Positions 1 through 11,193 are shown, counted from the stretch's first letter. The stretch is 64,000 bases of DNA from Patescibacteria group bacterium (GCA_018830295.1 JAHJSM010000001.1:386203-450202), one strand, 5' to 3'. Notes: generated from the sequence alone by a model not told the origin. Translations and numbers: made by a program.

Positions 1-357
1 GAAATGGCCTTTAAAATCGCCGGCTCAATCGCTTTGCAGGCGGCGGCGAAAGAAGCCAATTTGATTTTATTGGAACCGATTATGAAATTAGAAGTGGTCA
101 CGCCAGAACAATTTATGGGCGATGTTATTGGTGACTTAAGTTCCAAGCGAGGCAAGATTGAAACAATGGAAGATCGAGGCGAAGGCGCGAGCAAAGTTAA
201 GGTGATTAGCGCTAAAATTCCTTTGGCAAATATGTTTGGCTATGCGACGCAAGTTAGGTCGTTGACACAAGGACGCGCTACCTTTAATATGGAGTTTGAG
301 AATTACATGGAAGCGCCTAAAAGCGTCGTTGAAGCGATCGTTGGAGATAATAAATAA
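1..357 (+). CDS. fusA: elongation factor G, C-terminal fragment; 5' end lies outside the window
   Basis: Translation matches the conserved EF-G C-terminal domain (…GRATFNMEF…YMEAP…). The ORF is open to the window edge. Confidence 0.85.
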   Translation, partial: EMAFKIAGSIALQAAAKEANLILLEPIMKLEVVTPEQFMGDVIGDLSSKRGKIETMEDRGEGASKVKVISAKIPLANMFGYATQVRSLTQGRATFNMEFENYMEAPKSVVEAIVGDNK

Positions 358-364
358 AAAAACT

Positions 365-610
365 ATGTGGGAAAAAATTAAGAAAATATTACAACAAGAA
401 GGAGGAAAGTGTATTATTATGAAAGAAGGGGAGCCGACTTATCTTGTGACAATACTTGATAATGGGGTGGAAGAGGCGAACCAAACACTTACTGAATGGG
501 AAAATGAAAAAGAGGTCTTTCAGGAAGAAGATGTTTTGGCAAATAATGTCGTTGAGGAAAACAGCAATCCAGTCAATCAGGAAGTCAAAATAGAGGATTT
601 GCCGTTCTAA
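365..610 (+). CDS. small acidic hypothetical protein between fusA and tuf
   Basis: ORF with an internal ATG at 365 just past the fusA stop. No recognisable domain. Unusual position in the str operon. Confidence 0.35.
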   Translation: MWEKIKKILQQEGGKCIIMKEGEPTYLVTILDNGVEEANQTLTEWENEKEVFQEEDVLANNVVEENSNPVNQEVKIEDLPF

Positions 611-747
611 CTATTGACTATTGTTTGTTTTTTGTGTAAGATTATTTTTATAAGTAGAATTAAAATAAATTTAATATAAGTGGATAGAGAATTTTGAATA
701 GCGCGTTATTGCTCGCTGTTCTTTGTTCGTTGTTCACCGCAATTATT

Positions 748-1947
748 ATGGCAGAAAAATTTGAGAGGACTAAGCCTCATCTTAATGTCGGTACGATTGG
801 TCATGTTGACCATGGCAAAACCACTTTGACGGCGGCTATTTTAAAATGCCTCAAAGGGGCCGGTTTTGTCGCGCAAGACAGAGATGTTTCAGACATTGAC
901 AACGCTCCCGAAGAAAGAGAGCGCGGTCTGACTATTTCTGTGACACATGTTGAGTATGAGACGGCGAATAGGCATTACGCTCATATTGATTGTCCGGGAC
1001 ACGCTGACTACATTAAAAATATGATTACCGGCGCCGCGCAAATGGACGGCGGTATTTTAGTCGTTTCGGCTCCTGATGGCGCGATGCCTCAAACGCGCGA
1101 GCATATTCTTTTGGCTCGCCAAGTTGGTTTACCCGCCTTAGTTGTCTTTTTAAATAAAATTGACCAAGCCGATGATCCAGAATTAGTTGATTTAGTTGAG
1201 CAGGAGATTAGAGAGCTTTTGAGTAAATATGAGTATGACGGAGACAAAATCTCTATTGTTCGCGGTTCGGCCTTACAAGCGTTGGAATGCGGATGCGGCA
1301 AGACAGATTGTGATAAATGTGGTCCGATTTTGGAATTAATGAGCAAAGTTGACTCCGATATTCCCGAGCCAGTTCGCGCGACAGAGGAGCCGTTTTTGTT
1401 GCCCGTTGAGGATGTTTTCTCAATTGAAGGTCGCGGAACGGTGGCGACAGGAAGAGCCGAAAGAGGTATTGTTAAAGTAGGCGATGAAGTTGAAATAATT
1501 GGTTTAACAGACACAAAGAAAACAACTGTTACAGGTATTGAAATGTTTAACAAATCACTTGACGAGGGTAGAGCGGGTGATAATATGGGTGTTTTATTAA
1601 GAGGCACAAAAAGAGAAGAAATCACCCGAGGTCAGGTCTTAGCCAAGCCCGGATCAATCACTCCTCATCAGGAATTTGAAGGGGAAATTTATGTTTTAAG
1701 CAAAGAGGAAGGCGGAAGACACACACCTTTCTTTAATGGATATAAGCCACAGTTCTATATTAGAACAACCGATGTGACGGGCGATGTTACTCTACCAAAA
1801 GGGACAGAAATGATTATGCCGGGAGATACAGCGAATTTGAATGTTAAATTGGTCTCCCCGGTCGCATTAGCGGAGAAGCAAAGGTTTGCCATTAGAGAAG
1901 GAGGACGAACAGTTGGAGCGGGCGTAGTGACGAAAATTATCAAATAG
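748..1947 (+). CDS. tuf: elongation factor Tu
   Basis: [11 protein letters not shown]-loop, DCPGH, NKID and the conserved domain 2/3 sequence. Start chosen at [11 protein letters not shown] inside the longer TTG-initiated ORF. Carries an unusual Cys4 insertion ([14 protein letters not shown]). Confidence 0.95.
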   Translation: MAEKFERTKPHLNVGTIGHVDHGKTTLTAAILKCLKGAGFVAQDRDVSDIDNAPEERERGLTISVTHVEYETANRHYAHIDCPGHADYIKNMITGAAQMDGGILVVSAPDGAMPQTREHILLARQVGLPALVVFLNKIDQADDPELVDLVEQEIRELLSKYEYDGDKISIVRGSALQALECGCGKTDCDKCGPILELMSKVDSDIPEPVRATEEPFLLPVEDVFSIEGRGTVATGRAERGIVKVGDEVEIIGLTDTKKTTVTGIEMFNKSLDEGRAGDNMGVLLRGTKREEITRGQVLAKPGSITPHQEFEGEIYVLSKEEGGRHTPFFNGYKPQFYIRTTDVTGDVTLPKGTEMIMPGDTANLNVKLVSPVALAEKQRFAIREGGRTVGAGVVTKIIK

Positions 1948-1949
1948 CA

Positions 1950-2282
1950 ATGGCGCAAAAAAAAGAAACGGAAGCAAAACAAAAAATTCGCATTAGAATT
2001 CAAGCGTATGACCACAAGCTTATTGACCAATCAGTCAAGCAGATTCTTGAAGTTGTCCAACGATACGATGCTGAAATATGCGGACCAGTTCCTTTGCCGA
2101 CCGAATTTCATAAATATACGGTTAATCGCTCGCCTTTTGTCAACAAAGACGCGCGGGAACAATATGAAATGAGAATTCATAAGCGGCTGATTGATATTGT
2201 TAATCCGGAGCACAAAGTGATTGACGCGCTAATGGAATTAAGTTTACCTGCTGGCGTTGATATTGAAATAAAAATGATTTAG
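1950..2282 (+). CDS. rpsJ: 30S ribosomal protein S10
   Basis: Full-length S10 homology, tightly coupled to the tuf stop. Confidence 0.95.
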   Translation: MAQKKETEAKQKIRIRIQAYDHKLIDQSVKQILEVVQRYDAEICGPVPLPTEFHKYTVNRSPFVNKDAREQYEMRIHKRLIDIVNPEHKVIDALMELSLPAGVDIEIKMI

Positions 2283-2406
2283 TTTTTTAGTTGTAAGCGA
2301 AAACTAATTTATGACGCGTATTTTTCTTTTTATTTATTAAAATTATCTTATCTCAACGAATTTAGTCATCTCAAACCGGGACTATTCCCGGTTTTTGTTT
2401 GCCAAT

Positions 2407-3036
2407 ATGAAATTTATTTTAGGAAAAAAATTAGGAATGAGCCAATTCTTTGGCGAGGATGGAAAGGTTATACCTGTCACATTAGTTGAGGCGCTTTCTT
2501 GTTATGTCGTCCAGGCGAAAACAAAAGAAAAAGACGGTTATCAGTCCGTTCAAGTTGGGTTCGGAGAAATTAAAGAAAGAAAGGTTAAAAAACCGCAAAA
2601 GGGGCACATTAAAAAAGCGAACTTGGAAAATAATTTTAGCGGCTTTAAGGAGTTTAAAGAGATTGACCTGAAAGTCGGAGACGAAATCAATATTTCTGTT
2701 TTTAATGAAGGCGATAAAGTTAAGGTCTCTGGTATTTCAAAGGGAAAAGGATTTCAGGGTGTGGTTAAAAGGCATGGATTCGCGGGAATGCCCGCTTCTC
2801 ACGGAACGAAGCACTGCTTAAGAGCGCCGGGTTCAATAGGTTCTGGTTGGCCGCAAAGAGTTTTTAAGGGTATGAGGATGGCTGGAAAAATGGGAGACGA
2901 AAGGGTCTCTGTTAGAGGCTTGGAAATAGCCAAAATAGATACGGAGAATGGAATCATCGCTATTAAAGGAGCGGTCCCAGGCAAAAAAGGAACAATTTTG
3001 GAAATAGTCGGTCCGGGGGAGATAATAATTTCTTAA
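2407..3036 (+). CDS. rplC: 50S ribosomal protein L3
   Basis: MKFILGKKLGMSQFF… L3 N-terminus. Order S10-L3-L4-L23-L2. Confidence 0.9.
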   Translation: MKFILGKKLGMSQFFGEDGKVIPVTLVEALSCYVVQAKTKEKDGYQSVQVGFGEIKERKVKKPQKGHIKKANLENNFSGFKEFKEIDLKVGDEINISVFNEGDKVKVSGISKGKGFQGVVKRHGFAGMPASHGTKHCLRAPGSIGSGWPQRVFKGMRMAGKMGDERVSVRGLEIAKIDTENGIIAIKGAVPGKKGTILEIVGPGEIIIS

Positions 3037-3037
3037 A

Positions 3038-3688
3038 ATGCTAAAAGAAATAGTCTACAATCAAGAAGGCGAGGAAGTTGGGAAGGTTAATTTGCCGGCC
3101 GATGTTTTTGGTTTGGAAATTAATCAAGATTTGATTTGCCAAGCGGTTAACGCGCAAAGAGCGAACGCCAGAGAGTCAATAGCGCACACGAAAGACAGAA
3201 GCGAAGTGAGCGGAGGAGGAAAGAAGCCGTGGCGGCAAAAAGGAACTGGCCGAGCCAGGCATGGTTCAAACCGTTCGCCGATTTGGAAAGGCGGAGGTGT
3301 GACTTTTGGACCGACAAATGAAAGGGTCTTTACCCAAAAAATTAATAAAAAAATGAAGCAAAAGTCATTATTAATGGCTTTATCCTCTAAAGTAAAAGAT
3401 GAGGAGATAATTTTATTGGATAAATTGGATTTAACCGAAGCCAAGACGAAAAAAATGGCAGAAATTTTAAATAAATTAAAAAATGGGGCTAAAAAAGATA
3501 TAGACAAGGGGGTTTTGATTGTTTTGCCGGCGGTTGATCAAAAAATCATCACGGCGTCTCGCAATCTTCCAAAAATCAAAACAATTCAAGCGGATAGTTT
3601 AAATATTTACGATATTTTAAATTATCATTATTTGCTTATGCCTAAGGAATCAATCAAAGTAATCCAGAAATTTTATATCAAGCAATAA
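3038..3688 (+). CDS. rplD: 50S ribosomal protein L4
   Basis: L4 homology (…WRQKGTGRARHGS…). Confidence 0.9.
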   Translation: MLKEIVYNQEGEEVGKVNLPADVFGLEINQDLICQAVNAQRANARESIAHTKDRSEVSGGGKKPWRQKGTGRARHGSNRSPIWKGGGVTFGPTNERVFTQKINKKMKQKSLLMALSSKVKDEEIILLDKLDLTEAKTKKMAEILNKLKNGAKKDIDKGVLIVLPAVDQKIITASRNLPKIKTIQADSLNIYDILNYHYLLMPKESIKVIQKFYIKQ

Positions 3689-3694
3689 AAATTC

Positions 3695-4015
3695 ATGTCA
3701 TCATTAAATAAAATTAAAAAAGTCGTCTCCGCCTATAGAGTTATCAAAGAACCGCACATTACCGAAAAAGCAAGTTATTTGGGCGAGCAAAACAAGTATG
3801 CTTTTAAAATTTATCCAAAAGCGAATAAAAGCGAAGTTAAGAAAGCGGTTGAAGCCCTTTATGGAACGAAGGTGGAAAAGGTTAATATTATTCATTCCGC
3901 GCCAAAAAAGAGACGCGTTGGTAGAAGCGAGGGATGGCGGGGTGGACTTAAAAAGGGGTTTAAAAAAGCGATTGTAACTCTCAAAAAAGGAGAAAAGATA
4001 GAAATTGTAGGATAA
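3695..4015 (+). CDS. rplW: 50S ribosomal protein L23
   Basis: L23 homology and operon position. Confidence 0.9.
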   Translation: MSSLNKIKKVVSAYRVIKEPHITEKASYLGEQNKYAFKIYPKANKSEVKKAVEALYGTKVEKVNIIHSAPKKRRVGRSEGWRGGLKKGFKKAIVTLKKGEKIEIVG

Positions 4016-4028
4016 TTAATTTGTATAT

Positions 4029-4868
4029 ATGAAAAAGTATAAACCAACATCGCCGGGCAGGAGAGGAATGACCGTGGTGGATTATTCCGTTCTGACTAAA
4101 GCAAAACCGGAAAAAAAACTAACTAAAAAGTTGGTTCAAAAAGCAGGTCGAGGTAATCTCGGTCGTATTACGGTTCGGCACCAGGGCGGCGGTCATAAGA
4201 AAAAATATCGCTTGATTGATTTTAATCGCTCTGATAAGATAGATATTCCAGCAAAGGTGGCGGCGATTGAATATGATCCCAATAGAAGTTGTTTTATCGC
4301 TCTTTTGTATTACAAAGATGGCGAGAAAAGATATGTCTTGTCTCCAGAAGGACTCAAGGTTGGCGATGAGATTATCTGTCAGGAAAAGGCTCTTGTTGCT
4401 ATTGGCAATAGAATGGAATTAAAGAATATTATCCCGGGAAGCCAAGTGTATAATGTTGAATTGACACCGAAAAAAGGTGGACAGATAGTTCGTTCGGCTG
4501 GCTCGTCGGCTCAAGTTATGTCGCGCGACGGCGGTTTTATCCATCTTAAACTTCCTTCAGGGGAAGTGAGAATGATCAGGGAAAACTGCATGGCGAGTTT
4601 GGGGCAGTTGAGCAATTTCGAGCATAATATGGTTGTGATCGGCAAAGCAGGAAGAAGCCGCTGGATGGGTAAACGACCCACGGTGCGCGGTTCAGCGATG
4701 AATCCCTGCGATCATCCTCATGGCGGTGGAGAAAACAGACAGTCAATTGGATTAAGAAGAGGTCCGAAAACGCCTTGGGGTAAGTTGGCTTATGGAGTCA
4801 AGACGAGAAAAAAGAAACACAGCGATAAATTAATTATCAAGAAAAGAGTTAAAAAGAAAAGGAAATAA
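4029..4868 (+). CDS. rplB: 50S ribosomal protein L2
   Basis: Strong L2 homology (…GRNxxGRITVRHxGGGHK…, …[13 protein letters not shown]…). Confidence 0.95.
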   Translation: MKKYKPTSPGRRGMTVVDYSVLTKAKPEKKLTKKLVQKAGRGNLGRITVRHQGGGHKKKYRLIDFNRSDKIDIPAKVAAIEYDPNRSCFIALLYYKDGEKRYVLSPEGLKVGDEIICQEKALVAIGNRMELKNIIPGSQVYNVELTPKKGGQIVRSAGSSAQVMSRDGGFIHLKLPSGEVRMIRENCMASLGQLSNFEHNMVVIGKAGRSRWMGKRPTVRGSAMNPCDHPHGGGENRQSIGLRRGPKTPWGKLAYGVKTRKKKHSDKLIIKKRVKKKRK

Positions 4869-4870
4869 CT

Positions 4871-5161
4871 ATGAGCAGATCACTTAAAAAAGGTCCATTC
4901 ATTGACCCAAAACTATTGAAAAAAATATCAAAGTTAAAGCTGGGCGATAAGACCATTATTAAAACATGGTCTCGCGCTTGTGTTATTGCTCCCGAAATGG
5001 TAGGTTTTACTTTTGGAGTTCATAATGGCAAAGATCACATTCCTGTTTTCATTACCGAAGATATGGTTGGGCATAAATTAGGAGAATTTTCTTTGACAAG
5101 GAAATTTGTTAAACATGGCGGCAAAATGCAAAAAGAACAAGAAACGGCCGCGCGTAAATAA
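4871..5161 (+). CDS. rpsS: 30S ribosomal protein S19
   Basis: [10 protein letters not shown]… canonical S19. Confidence 0.95.
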   Translation: MSRSLKKGPFIDPKLLKKISKLKLGDKTIIKTWSRACVIAPEMVGFTFGVHNGKDHIPVFITEDMVGHKLGEFSLTRKFVKHGGKMQKEQETAARK

Positions 5162-5166
5162 TAATT

Positions 5167-5703
5167 ATGATTACCGCCAAATTAAACAATTTAAGAACAT
5201 CTCCCAGAAAAGTTAGGTTGGTCGCTGATTTGATTAGAGGAATGATGGTTATGGAAGCAGAAAAGCAGTTGAGATTTTCAACCAAAAAAGCGTCTGTTCC
5301 AATTTTAAAACTTTTAAATTCAGCGATTGCTAACGCTAAGCAGAACGCTGGTTTAGCGAAAGAAAATCTTTACATCGCGAGTATCGTTGTTGAGGCGGGG
5401 CGAACTCTGAAACGATGGCGACCGCGCGCGATGGGCAGGGCGGGACGGATCATGAAAAGAACCAGCCATATTATTTTGTCTTTGGAACAAAAGGGAATCT
5501 TGAAAGCCGAGCCAGAAAAAACGGAAAAGAAATTTGAAATTTTACCGCAAGAAGAAACGAAAGTAAAAAAAGAACCATCTCTTAAAACAAAATCAGTCAA
5601 ATCAGAAAAACCTTATGCAACAACTTTAGGCTCAAAGAAAAGAATTTTTGGTCAACAAGCGGAGGGGGCGGGCAAAAAGATGTTTAGAAGGAAGAAGATA
5701 TAA
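5167..5703 (+). CDS. rplV: 50S ribosomal protein L22 with a Lys-rich C-terminal extension
   Basis: L22 core in the N-terminal ~115 aa. The extra ~60 aa are lysine-rich. Confidence 0.85.
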   Translation: MITAKLNNLRTSPRKVRLVADLIRGMMVMEAEKQLRFSTKKASVPILKLLNSAIANAKQNAGLAKENLYIASIVVEAGRTLKRWRPRAMGRAGRIMKRTSHIILSLEQKGILKAEPEKTEKKFEILPQEETKVKKEPSLKTKSVKSEKPYATTLGSKKRIFGQQAEGAGKKMFRRKKI

Positions 5704-5713
5704 ATTAATCACT

Positions 5714-6385
5714 ATGGGAAGAAAAGTTCATCCATTTTCATTTAGAATCGGCGTGGTCACTGATTGGAGGTCGCGTTGGTTTGATCAAAAGAATTATAGG
5801 GCGTTATTAGAGCAGGATATTAAACTGCGCGGTTTTGTCGCGAAAAAATTAGAAAAAGCCGGAGTTGATTCTATCGAAATAGAACGGTCGGCTAATTTTA
5901 TTAATATTATTGTTAAAACGGCTCGTCCCGGCTTGGTTATTGGACGCGGCGGAAGCGGCGTTGAGGATTTAAAACTTGAAATTAGAAAACTTCTTCAGAA
6001 AAAAACACCAGAATTATCTAAAACAGAAATTCGTTTAGAAATAGAGGAAGTTAAACAACCAACAAGCCGCGCGAGAATCGTCGCTCAAGAAATAGCCGGT
6101 CAAATAGAGAGAAGAATGCCTTTCCGCCGAACGATGAAACAGACCTTGAGCAAGATTATGGCGAATAAGGAAGCGCTGGGAGCTAAAATTATAGTGAAAG
6201 GGCGGCTTAACGGAGCGGAAATCGCGAGGAAAGAATGTATTAAAGAAGGAAGAATGCCTCTTCAAACATTACGCGCTAATATTGACTATGCTGAAGCGAC
6301 CGCCTACACTACCTACGGAACGATTGGAATAAAAGTGTGGATTTATAAGGGAGAGATTTTTGATAAAGTTGTAGATATTAATTGA
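5714..6385 (+). CDS. rpsC: 30S ribosomal protein S3
   Basis: MGRKVHPFSFRIG… S3 N-terminus and KH domain. Start chosen downstream of the overlapping rplV tail. Confidence 0.9.
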   Translation: MGRKVHPFSFRIGVVTDWRSRWFDQKNYRALLEQDIKLRGFVAKKLEKAGVDSIEIERSANFINIIVKTARPGLVIGRGGSGVEDLKLEIRKLLQKKTPELSKTEIRLEIEEVKQPTSRARIVAQEIAGQIERRMPFRRTMKQTLSKIMANKEALGAKIIVKGRLNGAEIARKECIKEGRMPLQTLRANIDYAEATAYTTYGTIGIKVWIYKGEIFDKVVDIN

Positions 6386-6388
6386 TTT

Positions 6389-6808
6389 ATGTTATCCCCA
6401 AAGAAAGTAAAACATAGGAAATGGCAAAAGGGCCGCAGAAGGAATAAAGGGAAAGAAACTCGCGGAGCGAAGTTGTCTTTCGGTTCTTATGGGCTTAAAG
6501 CAATGGCTGAATGTTGGTTGAGCGCCCGCCAAATTGAATCGGCAAGAAGAGCGATGACACGATATGTTCAAAGGGGTGGCAAGATTTGGATTAGAGTTTT
6601 TCCCGATAAGCCGGTAACTCAAAAAGGGATAGAAGTTCCTATGGGCGGCGGCAAAGGAAGCGTTGACCATTATGTTATGCCGATTAAACCGGGAAGAATT
6701 ATTTTTGAAATGGATGGAGTTCCGGAGGATTTGGCGAAAGAAGCGATGCGTCGCGCCAGCCATAAGCTTCCAATGAAAACGAAATTTATCACGAAATTAA
6801 TTGATTAA
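6389..6808 (+). CDS. rplP: 50S ribosomal protein L16
   Basis: L16 homology (…RxxKGxxxRGxK…). Confidence 0.9.
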   Translation: MLSPKKVKHRKWQKGRRRNKGKETRGAKLSFGSYGLKAMAECWLSARQIESARRAMTRYVQRGGKIWIRVFPDKPVTQKGIEVPMGGGKGSVDHYVMPIKPGRIIFEMDGVPEDLAKEAMRRASHKLPMKTKFITKLID

Positions 6809-7001
6809 CATGAAAATTAAAGAGTTGCGCCAAAAAACAGAAAAAGAATTGAAAGATTTATTAAGCGAAGACCGTCGCAAACTTGGTCAGTTTAAGTTTG
6901 ATTTGGCGTCAAAAAAGATTAAAAACGCCGGACAGATTGGAGAATTGCGCAGAGATATTGCTAAAATTTTAACTATTTTACAAGCAAAAAAAAATGATTA
7001 A
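6801..7001 (+). CDS. rpmC: 50S ribosomal protein L29
   Basis: Small coiled-coil L29-like protein in the conserved position. Confidence 0.8.
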   Translation: MINMKIKELRQKTEKELKDLLSEDRRKLGQFKFDLASKKIKNAGQIGELRRDIAKILTILQAKKND

Positions 7002-7245
7002 AGAAAAAGAAAAAAAGGGCCGTTTTCTTAAGGGAATAGTGGCAAGTGATAAAATGGATAAAACCATCACGGTTTTGGTGACCAGATATAAAGAGCATCC
7101 GAAATACAAGAAAAGATATAAAGTTAGCAAAAAGTACAAAGCGCACGACGAAAAAAATGAATACAAAAAAGGAGACAAGGTCATTATCCAAGAAACGCGT
7201 CCGATTAGCAAAAACAAAAAGTGGACAGTAAAGAGTAAAGAGTAA
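6994..7245 (+). CDS. rpsQ: 30S ribosomal protein S17
   Basis: S17 OB-fold homology in the conserved position. Confidence 0.85.
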   Translation: MIKEKEKKGRFLKGIVASDKMDKTITVLVTRYKEHPKYKKRYKVSKKYKAHDEKNEYKKGDKVIIQETRPISKNKKWTVKSKE

Positions 7246-7408
7246 TTTCCAATTTTCAATTCTCAATTTCCAAACAATTCTCAATGATTAAATTTTCAAA
7301 TAAGAAAAACAAAAAAAGAATAGAAGAAAAGAAATTTGAGATTTTTGAAAATTAAGAAATTAAGAAATTGTTTGAAAATTGAAAATTAGAAATTGAAAAT
7401 TTTTATTT

Positions 7409-7774
7409 ATGATACAGCCAGGCACAAAATTAAAAGTAGCGGATAACTCTGGAGCTAAAACAATAGAGTGTTTTAAGATATTAGGCGGAAGCCACAGACG
7501 ATACGCTCAAATTGGCGATGTTTTTGTCGCGGCCGTTAAGACGGCTGATCCTAGGAAGGTGGTCAAAAAGAAAGATGTTGTTAGAGCCGTTCTTGTCCGA
7601 CAAAAAAAGGAATTTCGCCGCGCGGATGGTTCATATATTCGCTTTGACGAAAACGCGGCGGTTATTGTTGACGGGAAAAATCCAAAAGGAGGTCGTATTT
7701 TTGGACCAGTTACGCGTGAATTAAAAGAGAGGGGCTTTGACAAAATTGTTTCATTAGCTCCAGAAGTATTATGA
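7409..7774 (+). CDS. rplN: 50S ribosomal protein L14
   Basis: [17 protein letters not shown]… canonical L14. Confidence 0.95.
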   Translation: MIQPGTKLKVADNSGAKTIECFKILGGSHRRYAQIGDVFVAAVKTADPRKVVKKKDVVRAVLVRQKKEFRRADGSYIRFDENAAVIVDGKNPKGGRIFGPVTRELKERGFDKIVSLAPEVL

Positions 7775-8076
7775 AGATTAAAAAAGGCGATACGGTCTTA
7801 GTTATTACAGGGAAAGACAAGGGCAAGAAAAGCAAAGTTCTTGAGGCTTTTCCGCGTCAAAATAAGGCGATGGTAGAGGGGGTTAATATAGTCAAAAAGC
7901 ATCGGCGCGCGCAAAAGCAAGGGGAGAAAGGGCAAATTGTTGAAATTCCAAGACCGCTTGATAGCTCAAATCTTAAGTTTGTTTGTCCTAAATGCAACCA
8001 AGCAACGAGAATTGGATATAAAATTACAGGGCAAGAAAAGAATAGAACTTGCAAAAAATGCGGGCAAGAGGTATAA
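7771..8076 (+). CDS. rplX: 50S ribosomal protein L24 with a C-terminal CxxC…CxxC zinc ribbon
   Basis: KOW-type L24 N-terminus, plus a C-terminal CPKC…CKKC extension. Confidence 0.85.
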   Translation: MKIKKGDTVLVITGKDKGKKSKVLEAFPRQNKAMVEGVNIVKKHRRAQKQGEKGQIVEIPRPLDSSNLKFVCPKCNQATRIGYKITGQEKNRTCKKCGQEV

Positions 8077-8089
8077 ACTAACTACTAAT

Positions 8090-8644
8090 ATGTCAGGACT
8101 AAAAGAAAAATATCAAAAAAAGGCATTACCCGCGTTGAAAGAGAAATTTGGGTATAAAAATGATTTGGCGGCGCCAAGAATCAAGAAGGTGGTTATTAAC
8201 ACAGGATTTAACCCCGACAAAAAAGACGATAAGGCGCAAGAAGAAATTGTCAATAATTTGGCGTCAATTGTTGGGCAAAAACCTTCTTTTCGCCAAGCGA
8301 AAAAAGCGGTAGCAACATTTAAAACGAGGAAAGGAATGATTGTTGGTATAGCCGTAACTTTAAGGGGCAGACGAATGTATGACTTTTTAGATCGTTTGGT
8401 TGATATTGTTTTGCCGCGAAGCAGAGATTTCCGGGGCCTGCTTCTAAAAAATATTGACCAAGGAGGAAATTTAAATATTGGCATTAAAGAGCAAATCATT
8501 TTTCCAGAAATTTCGGCTGAAAGCGCGAAAAGCATTTTTGGGCTAGAGATTGCCGTGGTAACTTCGTCTAAAAACCGAGAGGAAGGAATTGAATTATTTA
8601 AATTATTGGACTTTCCTATTATAGGATTGATAAGGCAAGAATAA
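8090..8644 (+). CDS. rplE: 50S ribosomal protein L5
   Basis: L5 homology. Start chosen at MSGLKEKYQ inside the longer ORF. Confidence 0.9.
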   Translation: MSGLKEKYQKKALPALKEKFGYKNDLAAPRIKKVVINTGFNPDKKDDKAQEEIVNNLASIVGQKPSFRQAKKAVATFKTRKGMIVGIAVTLRGRRMYDFLDRLVDIVLPRSRDFRGLLLKNIDQGGNLNIGIKEQIIFPEISAESAKSIFGLEIAVVTSSKNREEGIELFKLLDFPIIGLIRQE

Positions 8645-8654
8645 GAACTATACT

Positions 8655-8840
8655 ATGGCTAAAAAATCAGTTATTGCTAGAGCAAATAAAAAATTGAAAT
8701 TTTCATCCCGTTTAGTTCGGCGCTGTTTTCGTTGCGGGAGGAAAAGAGCGTTTTTCAGAAAATTCGGGATTTGCCGTATTTGTTTTAAGGAATTAGCCAG
8801 TAAAGGAGAACTTCCCGGAGTTAAGAAGAGTAGTTGGTAG
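8655..8840 (+). CDS. rpsZ: 30S ribosomal protein S14 type Z (zinc-binding)
   Basis: 61 aa with CxxC…CxxC, typical of short S14. Confidence 0.85.
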   Translation: MAKKSVIARANKKLKFSSRLVRRCFRCGRKRAFFRKFGICRICFKELASKGELPGVKKSSW

Positions 8841-8864
8841 TATCGAAATTAGAAATTATAAATT

Positions 8865-9254
8865 ATGACAGATCCAATTTCAGATATGTTAACAAGAATA
8901 AGGAACGCGCAAGCCGTCTCTCACAAGACGGTCTCTATCCCGTTTTCAAAACTTAAATTTAGTCTTGCTCAAGTTTTCGAAAAGTCCGGGTTTGTCGGCG
9001 CGGTGTCTTCGCAAGGTAAAAAAATAAATAAAACAATTAAAATCGTATTGAAGTATGAAGAAAATCAATCAGTTATTAGAGAATTAAAAAGAATCAGCAA
9101 GCAAGGGCAAAGGATTTATATCAAGAAAGGCGATATTAAGCCAGTAAGACATGGCTATGGACTCGCTGTCATATCCACATCTAAAGGGTTAATGACTAGC
9201 GCGGAGGCGAGAAAGAAAGGGTTTGGAGGAGAAGTTATTTGCGAAATTTGGTAA
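8865..9254 (+). CDS. rpsH: 30S ribosomal protein S8
   Basis: MTDPISDMLTRIRNA… S8. Confidence 0.9.
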   Translation: MTDPISDMLTRIRNAQAVSHKTVSIPFSKLKFSLAQVFEKSGFVGAVSSQGKKINKTIKIVLKYEENQSVIRELKRISKQGQRIYIKKGDIKPVRHGYGLAVISTSKGLMTSAEARKKGFGGEVICEIW

Positions 9255-9279
9255 AGGATAGAAGTAATTTTATATTATT

Positions 9280-9822
9280 ATGTCGCGTATAGGAAAAAAA
9301 ATAATTATTATCCCTGAAAATGTAGAAGTTAAATTTGACAAAGGAGAAGTTGTCGTTAAAGGGAGTAAAGGAGAGTTATCTCAATTGATTCCTCTTGAGT
9401 TAGAGATATCTATTAAAGATAAGGAACTTTTGGTGACGCCGAAAAGGAAAGGGAAGGACGCGTCCGCTTTGTGGGGTCTCATTAGAAGCTTGATCGCCAA
9501 CATGATTCAAGGCGTAAGCGAAGGGTTTGAAAAGCAATTGGAAATTAACGGCGTTGGTTATCGGGTTGTTCTTGAAGGCAAGACGCTTGTTTTAAGTTTG
9601 GGCTTGTCTCATTCAGTCAAAATAGAGGCGCCTGAAAAGATTGAATTTAAGGTGGAAAAAAATATTATTACTGTTTCGGGTATAGACAAACAAGCGGTTG
9701 GTCAAATAGCGGCTAAAATCAGAGATCAGAAAAAGCCAGAGCCATATAAAGGTAAAGGGATTAGATATATAGATGAAGTTATTAGAAGGAAGTCAGGCAA
9801 AAAAGCGGCTGGTTCAGAATAA
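9280..9822 (+). CDS. rplF: 50S ribosomal protein L6
   Basis: MSRIGKKIIIIPENV… L6. Confidence 0.9.
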   Translation: MSRIGKKIIIIPENVEVKFDKGEVVVKGSKGELSQLIPLELEISIKDKELLVTPKRKGKDASALWGLIRSLIANMIQGVSEGFEKQLEINGVGYRVVLEGKTLVLSLGLSHSVKIEAPEKIEFKVEKNIITVSGIDKQAVGQIAAKIRDQKKPEPYKGKGIRYIDEVIRRKSGKKAAGSE

Positions 9823-9827
9823 ATATT

Positions 9828-10172
9828 ATGACAAAACAAGATCAAAGGAATAAGCGCCATAAGCGCGTTAGAGGGAAGGTGATCGGGATTGAAAAATGTC
9901 CGCGTCTTTCGGTTTTTCGCAGTAATAAATATATTAATCTTCAATTAATTAATGACGAAACGGGAAAAACGATGGCGAGTTTTAATGATTTAAAAATTAA
10001 TAAAAAAGGGAAAACGAAAATAGAGGCAGCTAAGGAAGCTGGAATCGCGCTTGCGAAAAAGGCGAACGAACAGAAAATTGAAAAAGTTGTTTTTGACAGA
10101 GGCGGATATAAATATCATGGTCGCGTTAAGGCGGCGGCTGAAGGAGCAAGAGAAGGAGGACTGAAATTCTAA
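9828..10172 (+). CDS. rplR: 50S ribosomal protein L18
   Basis: L18 homology in the conserved position. Confidence 0.85.
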   Translation: MTKQDQRNKRHKRVRGKVIGIEKCPRLSVFRSNKYINLQLINDETGKTMASFNDLKINKKGKTKIEAAKEAGIALAKKANEQKIEKVVFDRGGYKYHGRVKAAAEGAREGGLKF

Positions 10173-10189
10173 ATTTTAGATTATAAATT

Positions 10190-10675
10190 ATGTTCAATCA
10201 AAATAAAGAACAATCTAAATACGAACAAAAATTGCTTGATGTCGCGCGAGTAGTAAGAGTAGTTGCTGGCGGACGGCGATTTAGGTTTCGTGCTGTAGTA
10301 GCGATTGGAGACAGAAAGGGCAATGTTGGCGTTGGGGTGAGCAAGGGGCAAGATGTCGCGGTCGCGGTTGAGAAAGCGGTGGCTGGAGCGGAAAAGTGTT
10401 TAATTAATATCCCTTTAGTTGATGGAACGATTCCTCATAAAACAGAAGCGAAGTTTTGCAGCGCTAAGGTTTTGCTAAAGCCAGGCATAAAAGGAAAAGG
10501 AATTGTCGCGGGCGGCGCGGTGCGAGCGGTTTGCGAACTGGCCGGCATCGAGAATGTTTCAGGGAAGATTTTAGGCAAAACAAAAAACAAACTTAATAAC
10601 GCTAGAGCGACTATTAAGGCACTGAGTTTATTAAGGTCAAAGAAAGCGAGCGCGAGAGCAATTAGCGCGAAATAA
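10190..10675 (+). CDS. rpsE: 30S ribosomal protein S5
   Basis: S5 dsRBD homology. rplO follows directly, so there is no L30 gene. Confidence 0.9.
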   Translation: MFNQNKEQSKYEQKLLDVARVVRVVAGGRRFRFRAVVAIGDRKGNVGVGVSKGQDVAVAVEKAVAGAEKCLINIPLVDGTIPHKTEAKFCSAKVLLKPGIKGKGIVAGGAVRAVCELAGIENVSGKILGKTKNKLNNARATIKALSLLRSKKASARAISAK

Positions 10676-10677
10676 AT

Positions 10678-11193
10678 ATGAGACTACATCAATTAAAATC
10701 TACTTCTTGGAAAAAGTCCCGCAAACGAGTTGGTCGGGGAGGCAAAAAAGGAACTTATTCAGGCCGCGGGATGAAAGGGCAAAAATCAAGAGCCGGTGGG
10801 AAGCCGCGTCCAGGTTTTGCTGGGGGCGATACGACGCTAGTGAAAAGATTGCCGAAAAAGAGAGGGCAAATTGGGAAAACAGAGCTTAAAAAAGGATCTA
10901 AACTGTCGCGGTTAAAATTAATGATTAAACCGGTCGTTTTCAATTTGGGCGATTTTGACAAGAAATTTTTCGCTAAAGACGGCTCTTCTTTTCATTGGGA
11001 AGAAAAGGAAGTTATTTCCCCAAAGAGCTTGCTTGAGAAAGGATTGATTCGCAGAATACAAGGGAGAATTCCCAAGATTAAAATTTTAGGTGTTGGCAAA
11101 TTAAGAAAAAAACTTGTTTTCAGCGGCGTTGTTTTTTCAAAAAGCGCGCGCGAGAAATTAGGAATTAAAGAAGCAGATGAAGTGGCTAAATAA
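10678..11193 (+). CDS. rplO: 50S ribosomal protein L15
   Basis: L15 homology (…GRGxxxGxGKTxGRGxKGQ…). Confidence 0.85.
   Translation: MRLHQLKSTSWKKSRKRVGRGGKKGTYSGRGMKGQKSRAGGKPRPGFAGGDTTLVKRLPKKRGQIGKTELKKGSKLSRLKLMIKPVVFNLGDFDKKFFAKDGSSFHWEEKEVISPKSLLEKGLIRRIQGRIPKIKILGVGKLRKKLVFSGVVFSKSAREKLGIKEADEVAK

Noticed and set aside
1089-1625. 178-aa antisense ORF inside tuf, and similar long antisense ORFs in secY, dnaE, ligA, gyrB and the GT genes
   Set aside because: They lie opposite strongly supported conserved genes and have low-complexity, atypical composition.
2486-2671. 61-aa Lys/Arg-rich ORF inside rplC in another frame
   Set aside because: It is an alternative-frame artefact of the Lys-rich L3 coding region.
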